A stretch of DNA of 64,000 nucleotides, taken from Trichoplax adhaerens (taxonomy: Eukaryota; Animalia; Placozoa). The notes beneath the pieces are model-generated. The model saw only the letters and a list, made by a program, of their open reading frames with translations, searched no databases and was not told the origin of the DNA. The translations under genes and the position numbers were made by a program. Location of the stretch: assembly GCF_000150275.1 (NCBI RefSeq), contig NW_002060944.1, positions 65,614 to 129,613 of the forward strand. Direction: 5' to 3'. Positions 12,401 to 24,089 of this stretch are shown piece after piece (position 1 is the first letter of the stretch; the number at the start of each line of letters is the position of its first letter).

Positions 12401-15400
12401 TTTCAATGGAAATAGGACTCCATAATATTGTTTTCAACATGACTGAACTCATGCAAAAGTCAAGAAATACAACCGGGTGCTACTCGATGGATCGAGCTTT
12501 CAACAGAATAAGTAATAATGGATTGCAAGTGAGTTTATCCTTTGCATGGAAACGGAGCCCCATTTTAAAGATTGCTTTTAACATGACAGACTGGCTTAAC
12601 TCCTGTAAAAGTCAAGATGTAAAACCAAGTGAAACACTTCCGCAGTTGCTTTCTGGGTCGAGCTTTTAATAGAATGGGCGGTTATGCATTGGAAATGAAT
12701 TTTTCACTTTTTTACTTATTTTTAACGTGACAAAATGGCTCGACCTATGCTAAGGTCAAGATATAAAACTGAGTGCAATTCCTTTCTACAGTTACCCTAC
12801 CCGTCGACCTTTTAACAGAAAATAGTCAGTGATGGATTGGAGATGATTTTCATGAAAATGCATCTGCATGATTACGCTTTATCACCGTGGGAATTGCAAT
12901 CCGCAAGAATTGGATCACGATGATCAAGCTCCAATGTGGTTGACGATAAAAGTCCAATCTCGATTATTTCTTGTCCATCTTGGGCTAAAAGATAGAACGT
13001 TGCAAGATACTCTTTGGTGGATCATTGCTCTACTTGTCGATCGTCCATGTATTACAAACCATAACGTTCGTCTCATGTCCATCATCTTCTGGCTTATAAT
13101 GCAAGCGGTTAGGTTTTGCAAGAATAGCCAAGCAATTTTTGGACACGATAATTAGTCCGTGTTTTGTTAACGGAAAAGAAATAGAGGTCTACAACGTGCA
13201 TCGAATATTGAATCCTACTACGGTAAGGTGGACTGGATTAGAGTATGAAGATGATGCAGTTTCAGATTCAATGATTCGTCCGTAGCTTGTTCACAGCTTA
13301 ATGCAGTACAGTAAGCGCCTGATTAGAGTACAAAAACGATGCCATTTTAGACCCAATTCTTCGTCCATATCTTGTTAACAGGAAAGAAATGAAAGACAAC
13401 AACGTTCATCAAGAATCTATCATCCTATTGGACTTGAACCAACACTCGATATCAATATATACTGCAAGTTGAAACGTGAGCTCCATTTCGTCCCTCTTCT
13501 GCTCTACAATGAGCCGATAAAACTTGAACAAGAAGAGCAACAGTCGCTCTCCATGCAAGGAATGGATTCCTACTCAATTGCACTATGCATTTACTTGCCA
13601 TATTCTTCAAAATGATTCAACTGCCATCAGGCTTGGCTATCGCCTTCCCTCCAGCCAAGTTACTGTTGTCCAATAACAGTCTCCTGTTTTGCTCAAGTCT
13701 TTCAAGTAGTATCCACCATCGGTTAAATGAATCCAGTGCAACTCCAGTCGATCAATGAATATCTTAAAGTTGTACTCGTCTCCGCATGTGTGAATAAGCT
13801 TAAAAGGAAGGTGAAGAAATAGTACTAGTCGAAGTGAATCATGTCGATACATTAGTAGTGTACCTCACATGGATATAAATCTATTTCCATGTCCGTGTTA
13901 GTATTTACGACATGGAAGGGTAAGCTAAGCGATGGATGGAGCCCCTGATAAACATCATTGAAAACTTGATGCCTATTTACCCTAAAGCAATTCAATCCGA
14001 GTCAGTCGATGCATATACAAACATGCAATGTCTCTTCAATGTCTAGCAGTCCTCCTATGTCTAGCTCATCTTCTCTTGCGTTTTGATTGCTTGTCTGTAG
14101 CGCATTTTACGACTGTAAAATGAATCCAAGTGGCTATCCTAGCGTTAGTATGCAATAGTTGCTTTACCCCATCATTTATCTATCATAAGCCATCATCTAT
14201 CGATCTCTTTTCTAGCTATCGGAGTTGGTTGCAGTACTGGGAAGCTCATCAAGGAGCTGCTGCATCCCAATCTATCCATCTATCCTTTCTGCATAGGTTT
14301 CAGTATTCATCTAAAACAGCGATTCGATCATTCCTGTCCATTGGGTTAGGACCCATCTGCTTGATTCAATGCATGTTGCAGTCCATTTTTTAATCAACGT
14401 AGTACAGTGATGTATTAAGAGCCTTCTCTCTTCTTCATCGGACTACATTTAAGTACAAGTTGTAACAATTCTTTTTCGCTTTCTACCATGAAGTAGGGCA
14501 ACATGTTGGGGTAATGCTCTCTTCTCCATCTTACTACATAAAAGTACAAGTTTATTTTGCCTATCCAATAACTCCTTTCCACTTTCAACTACGTCGTGCA
14601 GGGATGTGTTTTAGGGCCATCGTTTCTTCTCCATGCATTCAAGTACAAATGGCTGTCTATCCAACAACGATTTTTTTGGCTTTCTACCATAGAATAGAAG
14701 GATGTGTTTGGACCTTGCTCTATTTTCCATTTTACTCCATCCTTAGAGTACTTCATCATCCAGACACACCGCTGCTGTCTATCCAACAACGACTGGTTTT
14801 CAACACGAAACACCGTAATAGGATAGAGGAGAGCCATCATTTAATAGTCAATTTTACTCTATTTCAGCAATCCGAGAACCAAGCTGCTACACTGCATTCT
14901 ACCCTATTAGGCTAGGATGCAAATCTCATGCACTATTTCAACAGCATGTCTTACTTTATCTTTCTTCGACTGTTTCCAATTGGCATAATTTAGAAATACA
15001 TGATAGCTCATTCTACCTGCATTCATTTTTAAATCGATATGGGTGCGCATAGCACAAGATTGAGAAATAGACGATAGCTTATTCTACCTGCATCTATTTT
15101 CAAATCGATATGGGTGTGCATAGCACAAGATTTAGAAATAGACGATAGCTTATTCTACCTGCATCTATTTTCAAATCGATATGGGTGTGCATAGCACAAG
15201 ATTTAGAAATAGACGATAGCCTATTCTACCTGCATCCATTTTCAAATCAATATGGGTGCGCATAGCACAAGATTGAGAAAGACACGATAGCCTATTCTAC
15301 CTGCATCCATTTTCAAATCGATATGGGTAGGCATAATTCACGATTGAGAAAAGCATAACAGCCTCTAACTTACCCTCATCTATTTTCAAATCGTCAAACA

Positions 15401-18400
15401 TTGTCATAGTACAGTCAAAGACAGCTCGAAGGAAGCACCATCAAGTTATTCTGTTGCTGCTTCCTATCGATCTTTTTTCCCGCTGTCTTTATTATAAGCA
15501 TTAGCAGTAGGAAAGCATCGACTGCAAAACTAGTTCATGGGTATCCCGATCCCTTTTAGGCCATCCTCAAGCAACCCTTCTCCCAGACAAATCATGGATG
15601 ATGGATGTCGACATGAGCGAAAAGTATCAAGAAACTAGCAGAATAACAACAAGCCTGTGATTGGTTTGTCCATTGAAGTATTTCCTCCCCTCTCGTGCCA
15701 TGATGGCAAGCGAGATTGTCAATCTTTTTCTACTTTCTTGCTATACCAACATGGCTGTACAAGTGATGATGGAAACCGCGATCGATAGTATCCTTTTTTT
15801 ATAAATTTAAAAGAGGAATAGATGGAAACGATTGATGGTTTGAAAGAGATTGCACTATGGCACAGAGGAGAATGCCAGTAATCCATCTGGACGAAATTGT
15901 GGCCTTGAAAGCAGTCTAGTTATCCCTTTCTAAAGAGGAATGGATGGGAACGTTTGATCGATTGAAAGACTACACTATGGAGTAGAGGAGAATGCCAGCA
16001 ATCCATCCGGACGAAATGATGGCCTTGAAAGCAGTCTAGGTATCCCTTTATTTCGATTTAAAACAGGAACGGATGGAAATGTTTAACTTGATGACTACAG
16101 CTAGGATAACTTTGTGTTCAATTGATTGGCAATGGATTAAGTCCAGGAAAAGAGAGAAAGGGCGAAACGACGAAATCAATGCCATGTCCACGACAAATAA
16201 CATTCTCTGACTAGGTCAAGAAGCTTCTTCTCAAACTCGTCGCTTACCTATCTTGCCATGGCTCCATTATCAAGGCATCGTTATGGTCGATCAAGTTCAT
16301 CAATCTGTTGTAGTTGAATGGTGGGCTAGCTTGCCTAAGGTAGTTCACTGGATTACTTTGAAGTAAGCTGGCGAAAGATGGACAATTCAACGTATGTATT
16401 GCCCCATTTCATCCTGTCCAATTTGGGGTAAAGCATCATCACTTGGTGTTGATCTCTTCCCTTTCAACTCTACCCTACCCCAAAAGCCTTATTCAGCAAT
16501 AGCAAGCAAGACTCAACAAGGATGGAAAGATGCTTGACGATTGCCCTCATCTTGTTCCATCCCTTGGCTGCCTTTATCCCGTCTTGAATCATTCTACGAG
16601 GATATTAAGCAATCACTAAAACAATTTTGCTATATCCAATTGACTTTTTGCTACAACGTTGACAACGCCATATCAATTAGTCAAGACTTTACTACGATGG
16701 AAAAACGCTTGGCGCCATCCACGGTTTCCTTTTCCCATCTTGAGGTAGAAAGAGTTTAAGTAAAGCAAGCCTCGACGACGATAAGGATGGAAAGAAGTTT
16801 GTCCTTATATTGTTGCTTCCGTTTTTTCCCGTCTTGAAGCCTTCAACGACGATACGACTGTGTCCAAACTAACACCAAGAATGAAGTGCCAAGGACAGAT
16901 GTTGATCACTGCACTCATCATTTCATCGCATTCAATTCTCCATTGCCTGCTTTTCCCATCGTCAAATCATGGTTGCCTGCAATCCTTACTTTCTTTTACC
17001 CCTTTCAAAGCAACATTGCCATGTAGACGAATGGACAGTTGACCAAACACGGTCATCCACTAGGAAGGAAAATCATCACGGCGGACTCCATACTTTGCCT
17101 TCTTTGAATCATTTGGAAACACTACTGCCATGCTGATCAAGGTGCTGTTGACAAATTGAAAATTCGCCAACTTGTGCTCCAAAAGAAACTCATGACAACC
17201 ATCATGGACAAGACTACAAGGGAAAGTTTCCGTTACCTCACTAACTTCAAGCGTAGTGCAAGAAGAAAGGAGACACAAAAAAGGAGTTGGTCATGCTGTC
17301 CAAGTTGACTAGTACTCCCTATTTTTTCCCCTCCCTGAATGATCACTAGACTATGTTGGTTCACGTCTATGCTTTGCAATATCAACATGCAATCGGTGTT
17401 ATGGACAAGAATGACAATAAATGGATGCAAAACTGTGACTTGCCACCGCAGTAAAATGCAGCAGCCACAATTGGACACGGTGGATGGTCATCCTTTTTTT
17501 CACCGTCGTCATTGGATAGAAAGTAATTGACAACATGTCTCAAGGCAACACATTGCCAACTGGTTGGCCAATCTCTTTCCTGCTGTTGATAGTTATGTAG
17601 GTTAACGAGTAGAAATGGGCTAAAGCGTTTTCTACTCGATTGGATGTTGTCCTCAGTTGAGCCAATATTGACCATTTTGTTATGGCAAGTAGACAGTTTG
17701 CATTCCTTTTTTTTCTTCCTCCTCCCCCCTCTCATCGAACCATGGTCAAAATAGGAAGAAAAGCAGCCAATATGGAACTGGAAACGACGACGTGAAAACA
17801 AGCTTTAAACGCCTGGGAAAAAAATCTAATCTTAACCCATGGCCAAGTTGGTACCGTGGGATAGAAAGCAAGATTAGAATTTTGATCATGTTGATGATGG
17901 ATAAGCCATGAATCGATAGGGAAAATGGCCTATCTATCGATGTGTATTTTTTTTTTCTGTCGATCCTTTCTCTTCCCTCCATCATCCTTTGCAAAATAAT
18001 GGAATCGATTTGATACCATGACTACAATGAAGCTTGCGGTGGGAATGGCTATCCAAGGGAGGGAAATGCCAGTGCAGTCCTATCAAGAGCTACAAGATGG
18101 CGCGCGCATTAAAACTACTTTAAAAATGGGCTCCAACAATAACTGCTAGCCTTAGTCAATTGTTCACGATTGACAACAGTAGTGGAGGGGGGAGAAAAAA
18201 AAATGATCAGCGTTTGTGATAGACCAGGGATAAGAAAACGAGTTCAAATAGAGTAGCCATGAGGGTAATAGGATGATTGCCTGGACTGATGAAAGCTGCA
18301 ATGATGATGGATTTGGAGAAAATAACCATGGAATGGAGCCATTTCATGTCTTTCTCCATTCTTGATGCTTGATAGCCCCCTCAAAATCAACATCATCCAC

Positions 18401-18766
18401 TTTGGTGTCTATTTGTGGTGCAAAATGCATTGGCAACATCATCAACTCCTTGCCAATCACTCCTACACTTGCCTCTAACTCTATCCAATGACTAAAATGG
18501 CTAAAAAGAAAGAGGGGGGAAAAAAAAAAGAAGCAGAAGAAAACTAAACTGTCCATCTTTTACTGCAAACTGCGGACGTGTATGTTCCCCCCCCTCCTTC
18601 TTGTCGACATAGCATCCTCCCCCCTTTCTCTCTTTCACAAAACATCAAGTCCTCTCCTACTCTCAATGAAAGCAATCATTTCAATGAAGGATAGCACTTA
18701 CATGTAATGGATTGGTCTTTCAATCTGCTGCTGCGGATTGGATAACATTACTTTGTCTTCCATCAT
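6456..18766 (-). CDS. unk: Unkempt CCCH zinc-finger RNA-binding protein, 10 coding exons (18766-18702, 11639-11430, 9145-8898, 8722-8587, 8438-8321, 8090-8009, 7896-7775, 7533-7210, 7116-6775, 6653-6456)
   Basis: Diagnostic motifs IERPIHYM|YLKSFRTEQCQSFLQHKCTAHRPYTCFNWHF, HRTAGDTERRYHLRYYKT, CRQGYACPYYHSNRDRRR, CHTRTEQQFHPE|IYKS, CPRGPFCAFSH, plus a C-terminal coiled coil. All junctions are GT-AG and phase-compatible. Confidence 0.93.
10080..11340. repeat. Degenerate tandem repeat (about 90-120 bp) in unk intron 2
   Basis: Recurrent tactaccttgtagaaatgatg, agtagactaccact and catcactgaacg motifs. Confidence 0.8.
12230..12850. repeat. Degenerate repeat in unk intron 1
   Basis: Recurrent gtcgagcttt(c/t)aacagaa...gatggattg and gcaaaagtcaaga motifs. 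Confidence 0.6.
13637..13981 (-). other. Putative exons of an unannotated nested gene or pseudogene in unk intron 1
   Basis: Exon 13981-13864 (VNRHQVFNDVYQGLHPSLSLPFHVVNTNTDMEIDLYPCE) joins 13798-13637 (LIHTCGDEYNFKIFIDRLELHWIHLTDGGYYLKDLSKTG...) through a 65-nt GT-AG intron with a polypyrimidine tract. Confidence 0.4.
15001..15395. repeat. 69-bp tandem repeat, about 5.5 copies
   Basis: gatagcttattctacctgcatctattttcaaatcgatatgggtgtgcatagcacaagatttagaaatagac repeated. Confidence 0.93.
15785..16085. repeat. About 120-bp tandem repeat, 2.5 copies
   Basis: agaggagaatgccag..atccatc.ggacgaaat...ggccttgaaagcagtctag duplicated. Confidence 0.8.
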
Positions 18767-19611
18767 TTTTGTTTGGTTTCCTAAGTGATTGCTAAGTAAT
18801 TGAAAAATGTCGTCGTTGTCGTCGTCGCCGTCGATCGTGAAACGTCTCACACCATTCCTCCAGCCAGCAGGGGCTTGTTCTTCTCCTCCTCGTCTACCCA
18901 AGTCTTCAATCACTCAATGGAGGTTGCAATCTTTACCCAATCGACTTCAATCGACGTGGAATAGCTAACGACAAACAAGATCAATCAAGATTGCAAAATA
19001 ACCTAATGGAAAATGCTTTCAAGCCACAACCTTGCCAACTCCAACAAGACGACAACAATACGATGGAAAACAATCTCAATGACTTTCAATACTACAAAAT
19101 CACTGGATACAATCGTTTAATCCCTCTCCAATCATCCAATAACCGAATCGACGCTCAATAACCCTTGAATCAAGTCAATAATGCCAATAACAACCATGTA
19201 AAATAGCAATGGCAGCGAGAGCAATCTTGCAATCAGCAGATTGAGACGATGAATTTTTTCTCTCTCTTTCCTTGGCCAATCTGCTGCCGCCGACTGTAGC
19301 GATTTGTATACCACACCAGGCGGGGATGGAAGCACAGGGGTGGTGGGGTAAGCCATCAACACGGGGGCCCCTGATGGAGGTGTAAAATGCCCATCGCCAT
19401 CCTATACTGGCATCGGCCATACGAAAGACATGATACTGGACTATGGTATCAGACTGTTGACTAGGGAAAGCAAGCAACATCGGCCCGGTGGTGTTGTTGT
19501 GGTCAAGACTGCACTAGACACGCTTGACGCGAGTAGCGATCGTCCACAACAACGGGTCACCCCCCTTCTTTTCTCCATCCCAAGAGGGTCACGCATGCAG
19601 GACCGCTTGGT

Positions 19612-20525
19612 ACTGTAGGCAGTAGAAAGGGCATGGAGAAGCGACATTCTTTTTGCATAAAAGAAAGGAAGAAGACTACTGGGTAGGGCAAAATCCATGT
19701 CGTCATAGGATGCCTCAAGTACTGCTCACAGGAACAAGTCGCTGGCTATCAATAGGCTTCATTAGGCAGTAGAAAGGGCATGCAGAAGCGACATTCTTTT
19801 TGCATAAGTGAAAGGAAGAAGCCTACTAGGTAGAGCAAAGTCCATGTCGTCATAGGATGCCTTGAGTACTGCTCACAGGAACAAGTCGCTGGCTATCAAT
19901 AGCCTTGATTAGGCAGTAGAAAGGGCCTGCAGAAGCGACATTCTTTTTGCACAAGAGAAAAGAAGAAGGCTACGGGCCATGGCACAATCCATGTCGTCAT
20001 AGGATGCCTTGAGCGCTGCTCACAGGAACAAGTCGCTGGCTATCAATAGGGTTGATTATATTAGGCAGTAGAAAGGGCACGAAGAGGCGACATTCTTTTT
20101 GCACAATACAACAGGAGAATGGCTGTAGTCAAGGACAAAATGAATGTCGTCATGGTATGCCTCGAGTACTGCCCACAGTAACTAGTCGCTACCCATGGGT
20201 GACATTGATTCCGGCAATCGCAAGGATGGGAGAACTGACATTCTTTTTGCACAACGACAGTATTGGAAGAGTTCCGGTATTGGCAAAATTAATGTCGTCA
20301 TGGTATGCCTCGAGTACTGCCTACAGTAGCAACTCGCTACTCAAAGGTGACATTGATTAGGTAGTAGAAAGGGCACTCAGAAGCGACATTCTTTTTTCAC
20401 ATTAATGTACAGTACAGTGTACACTACAAAGGGTTCAAGGAGTAGCAAAATTAATGTCGTCATGGTATGCCTTGAGTACTGGCTATAGTAACAAGGCGCT
20501 CGCTACCCATGGGTGACATTGATTT
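19612..20525. repeat. About 148-bp tandem repeat upstream of unk, about 6-7 diverging copies
   Basis: taggcagtagaaagggc...agcgacattctttttgc...atgtcgtcat.g.atgcct.gagtactg repeated. Confidence 0.92.
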
Positions 20526-20904
20526 TGCTGCATGCGGTAGTAAACAGGACGGTGCGTAAACCCAAGGCTATCTACCTTGCTACAGTATGAAGAATACAGT
20601 GATCAGCCAGCGTCTCTACTAATAGCTGAAAGGAGTCCAGTACGGTACTGGTACCACAATCGTGACGTCATAGGATAGACACTGGCAATGGACTATCGCC
20701 TAGCACGTGCTTACCGAAAGTGGTAGAAATACTGTTGACAAACATCCTGTTACGAACGTTGAATAGTCATGGAGTTTAGAGCCGGCGCAGTTCAGCCATC
20801 ACTCGCGGTACGGTAGAACCACTCGCGCAATAAACTTGCCGCCACTTCAAGGGAGAGAAAGAAAAGAATGGAAAGAAGCTGATCCAAGGCGGGAAATGCA
20901 CACC

Positions 20905-21640
20905 ATCCACCCTAATCCACACTATGCAAAGCGACTGCAACGTATTTGCAGTCGCCTACTTTCCAATACGCTAAGCTCAGCACCAGTGTGAACTAGTGGT
21001 AGCATGCAAACGACAGCTTAGCGGAGTGGCAAAGGAGAGGACTTGTTGTTGATCGACCATCCACACTATGTAAAGCGACTGCAACGTATTTGCAGTCGCC
21101 TACTTTCCAATACGCTAAGCTCAGCACCAGTGTGAACTAGTGGTAGCATGCAAACGACAGCTTAGCGGAGTGGCAAAGGAGAGGACTTGTTGTTGATCGA
21201 CCATCCACACTATGTAAAGCGACTGCAACGTATTTGCAGTCGCCTACTTTCCAATACGCTAAGCTCAGCACCAGTGTGAACTAGTGGTAGCATGCAAACG
21301 ACAGCTTAGCGGAGTGGCAAAGGAGAGGACTTGTTGTTGATCGACCATCCACCCCAATCCCCACACCATGCAAAGCGACTGCAACGTATTTGCAGTCGCC
21401 TACTTTCCAATACGCTAAGCTCAGCACCAGTGTGAACTAGTGGTAGCATGCAAACGACAGCTTAGCGGAGTGGCAAAGGAGAGGACTTGTTGTTGATCGA
21501 CCATCCACCCCAATCCCCACACCATGCAAAGCGACTGCAAAGTATTTGCAGTCGTCTACATTCCAATACGCTAAGCTCGGCACGAATGTGAACTAGTGGT
21601 AGCATGCAAACGAAAGCTTAGCGGAGTGGCCTTGTTGTTG
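20905..21640. repeat. 144/156-bp tandem repeat with internal hairpins, 5 copies
   Basis: gcgactgcaa starts at 20931, 21075, 21219, 21375 and 21531. Each unit holds GCGACTGCAA-N5-TTGCAGTCGC and CGCTAAGCT...AGCTTAGCG. Confidence 0.95.
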
Positions 21641-22589
21641 ATGGTGTGTAAAATGAGTGTCACCTAGGCCCTTCTTCATGGTAGTGCTCTGACTGGGCAA
21701 TACGGTCAAAGCACGACATGAGACTGCACATCTCCTGCTCCAAACGGCCATCCAGCGAAATGAGTCCCCGATCACTTTGCAAGTGATCGGACTGGACTCT
21801 CGCATACAGTAAGCCTCATGCAAAATCAATGTCACCTTTGGAATTTCTCTTAACAAGGCTCTGAGCCCTGCATCGTGGATAGACGAGATGAAAGCATGAC
21901 AAAGGACGATTACGCAACCTGAAAAAGCGCAAAATCATTGTGATCCTTACACTTCCTTCAACCAACCTCTAACCATATCTTTCAAGGATTTAAGAGATGG
22001 GATAGTGACGATGTATTTTGCACACCAGACTATCCTTCAGCGCCTGCATTGCAAATTGGCACCACTGCTAGCTCATGGCCTACTAACAAGACTGCACAGC
22101 AACAACAAAAAAGCACAATTGATAGCAATTCTTGTTGACCAACCCGCTCAATAAATACTCGAGCTCATTCCAGCTAAGTAGCTTAACTTTGCTGCTGCGC
22201 TAACGGTATCGTAGCAACCAATGCCCTTGCTGCTTTCCTTTGACCGTAGAGCTTTGCTTGCAGCAAGAAGGAATCCAAGATAGACTGCAGTAGTGCTGGG
22301 TTGGAAAATGATTGCCAAATAGAATAGAATAAATGACTACCTTGGCACAATCATTGACGATGGAGCAGCATGTCCAAGGGCAATGTTCGCTTCTGCAGTC
22401 ATAATGAGTTGCTTAAAAGTAAGCTAGGGTAGCGATAATGAGACTGCAATATTTGACTGCTCAAATCAGTCTCAACGGAATGAGTATTAGTCAATGACTA
22501 TCATTCCAGTCATTACAATGGAGGTGTTTGATTCCATCATTATCCTGCATGTTGCTGTCAAGAGTTTCATCCTCGCCTTACACAGTCCA

Positions 22590-23640
22590 CTTAATAAACC
22601 GCGTAATTGCAATCATTATCAAGTCATCTTTCATTTCCGAGACAGATTCTGCTCTGACTTTATACGGTAATTACCTTATGAGTACTTACAGCTAGTCATG
22701 ACCTCTGTAACTGTATTGACTAGAAAATTACTCCCCTCACATAATCCACTGAATAAACCACTCTTACCGTGTAATCGTGATTGCAATCATCATCAAGTCA
22801 TCTCTTATTTCCGATCATGTCCATGACAGATTCTGCTCCAACTTTATACAGGAATTGCCTTATGATTACAGTTACAGCTAGTAATAATAATAATAAAACA
22901 CTCTTTTGACTAAACGATATTGAAATCATCAACTTTCACTGATCAAAATGCTGCTCTCCTATCATGGTCATCACAGATACGGCTGCAAGCTATCGAGTAA
23001 TGACAGTACCTATTGCTATCATCTATGAAATCATAAATTCTCATAATCTAAGTTAAAAATACTTTTTACCGACTAAACGATATTACAATCACTACAAACT
23101 ACCCTCCAGTGTAATGTCAACATGGATTCTATAAATTAATGTGTTCTGTTGTTACAGTGATTACGTACACTATTTCCAATGGTCATCCTTTACTTCCCAT
23201 CGTGAGTATGACGAATGCTGCTCCAAACTTATTGAGTAATTAGCCTTGTGATGTTGCTAGCAATGACAATACAATCTTTCTTACTGATTAAAACGATATT
23301 GTATCCCTAAACTAATTTCAATGGCCACCTGCTTTCCTATCGCGAGCATGACAAATACTACTCCAAGACTATGCAGTCATGGTTATCGTCGTATTCACAC
23401 TTTTTCATAACCCAATCAGTCAAATTAAATCTTACTTACTGTTAATAGACAAATATTGTAATCATCAACGAGTTCTCATTGTCATTTTCAATTTCTCCAT
23501 CATGTGCACGACCAATTCAACCACTACTACTCCAAACTTATTCAGTAAGGATAGTAATGTAGTTTTGTTGTCGGCAATCCAATCTTCTCATAGCCAAGTC
23601 AATAAAATCACTCTTACAAACGAAACGATAATTATACGAG
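22590..23640. repeat. Degenerate repeat downstream of DRG2
   Basis: Recurrent ttgcaatcat.atcaagtcatct, gacagattctgc, ctccaaacttatt and taaacgatatt motifs. Confidence 0.6.
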
Positions 23641-24089
23641 TAAAATCAGATCATCCAATATCGCTTTGTCGCAGCATTGTACCAGTAAGCGAGTGGACAT
23701 GCACTCGTTTGATAGTGAAATGGATAAACAGACGAGTAAACAATACATACACGTAAAATCATACTACTGCAGAAAGAAATTCAGAGCATATCAAATCAAT
23801 ACATCAGTCGTAGCGATTACATTTCACCAAAGAATCGGAATTTATTAATCATCTTGTCCTAAAGGAGATGACATCTATTGGTGCATATTCTGCAAATTGC
23901 CTTAGTTACGTCATTATAGCCTTTAAATGGATTAAGTAGGCGTACATAGTGCCAAAATACAGTCGCTTTCAAACGAAGGTTAGACGTTAAAGATCCATGC
24001 ATAGAGACACTATACTACTGTAAAGAACCCATACGTTGACACGCAAATAGATCAAAAATACATTTTACAACAAGTCAGACCAGCTAGCG

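Noticed and set aside
16500-18600. Cluster of short overlapping ORFs in unk intron 1 as a transposon
   Set aside because: No transposase, RT or integrase motifs and no terminal repeats recognised.
20905-21640. CRISPR array
   Set aside because: Entire units are repeated with no unique spacers; eukaryotic context with no cas genes.
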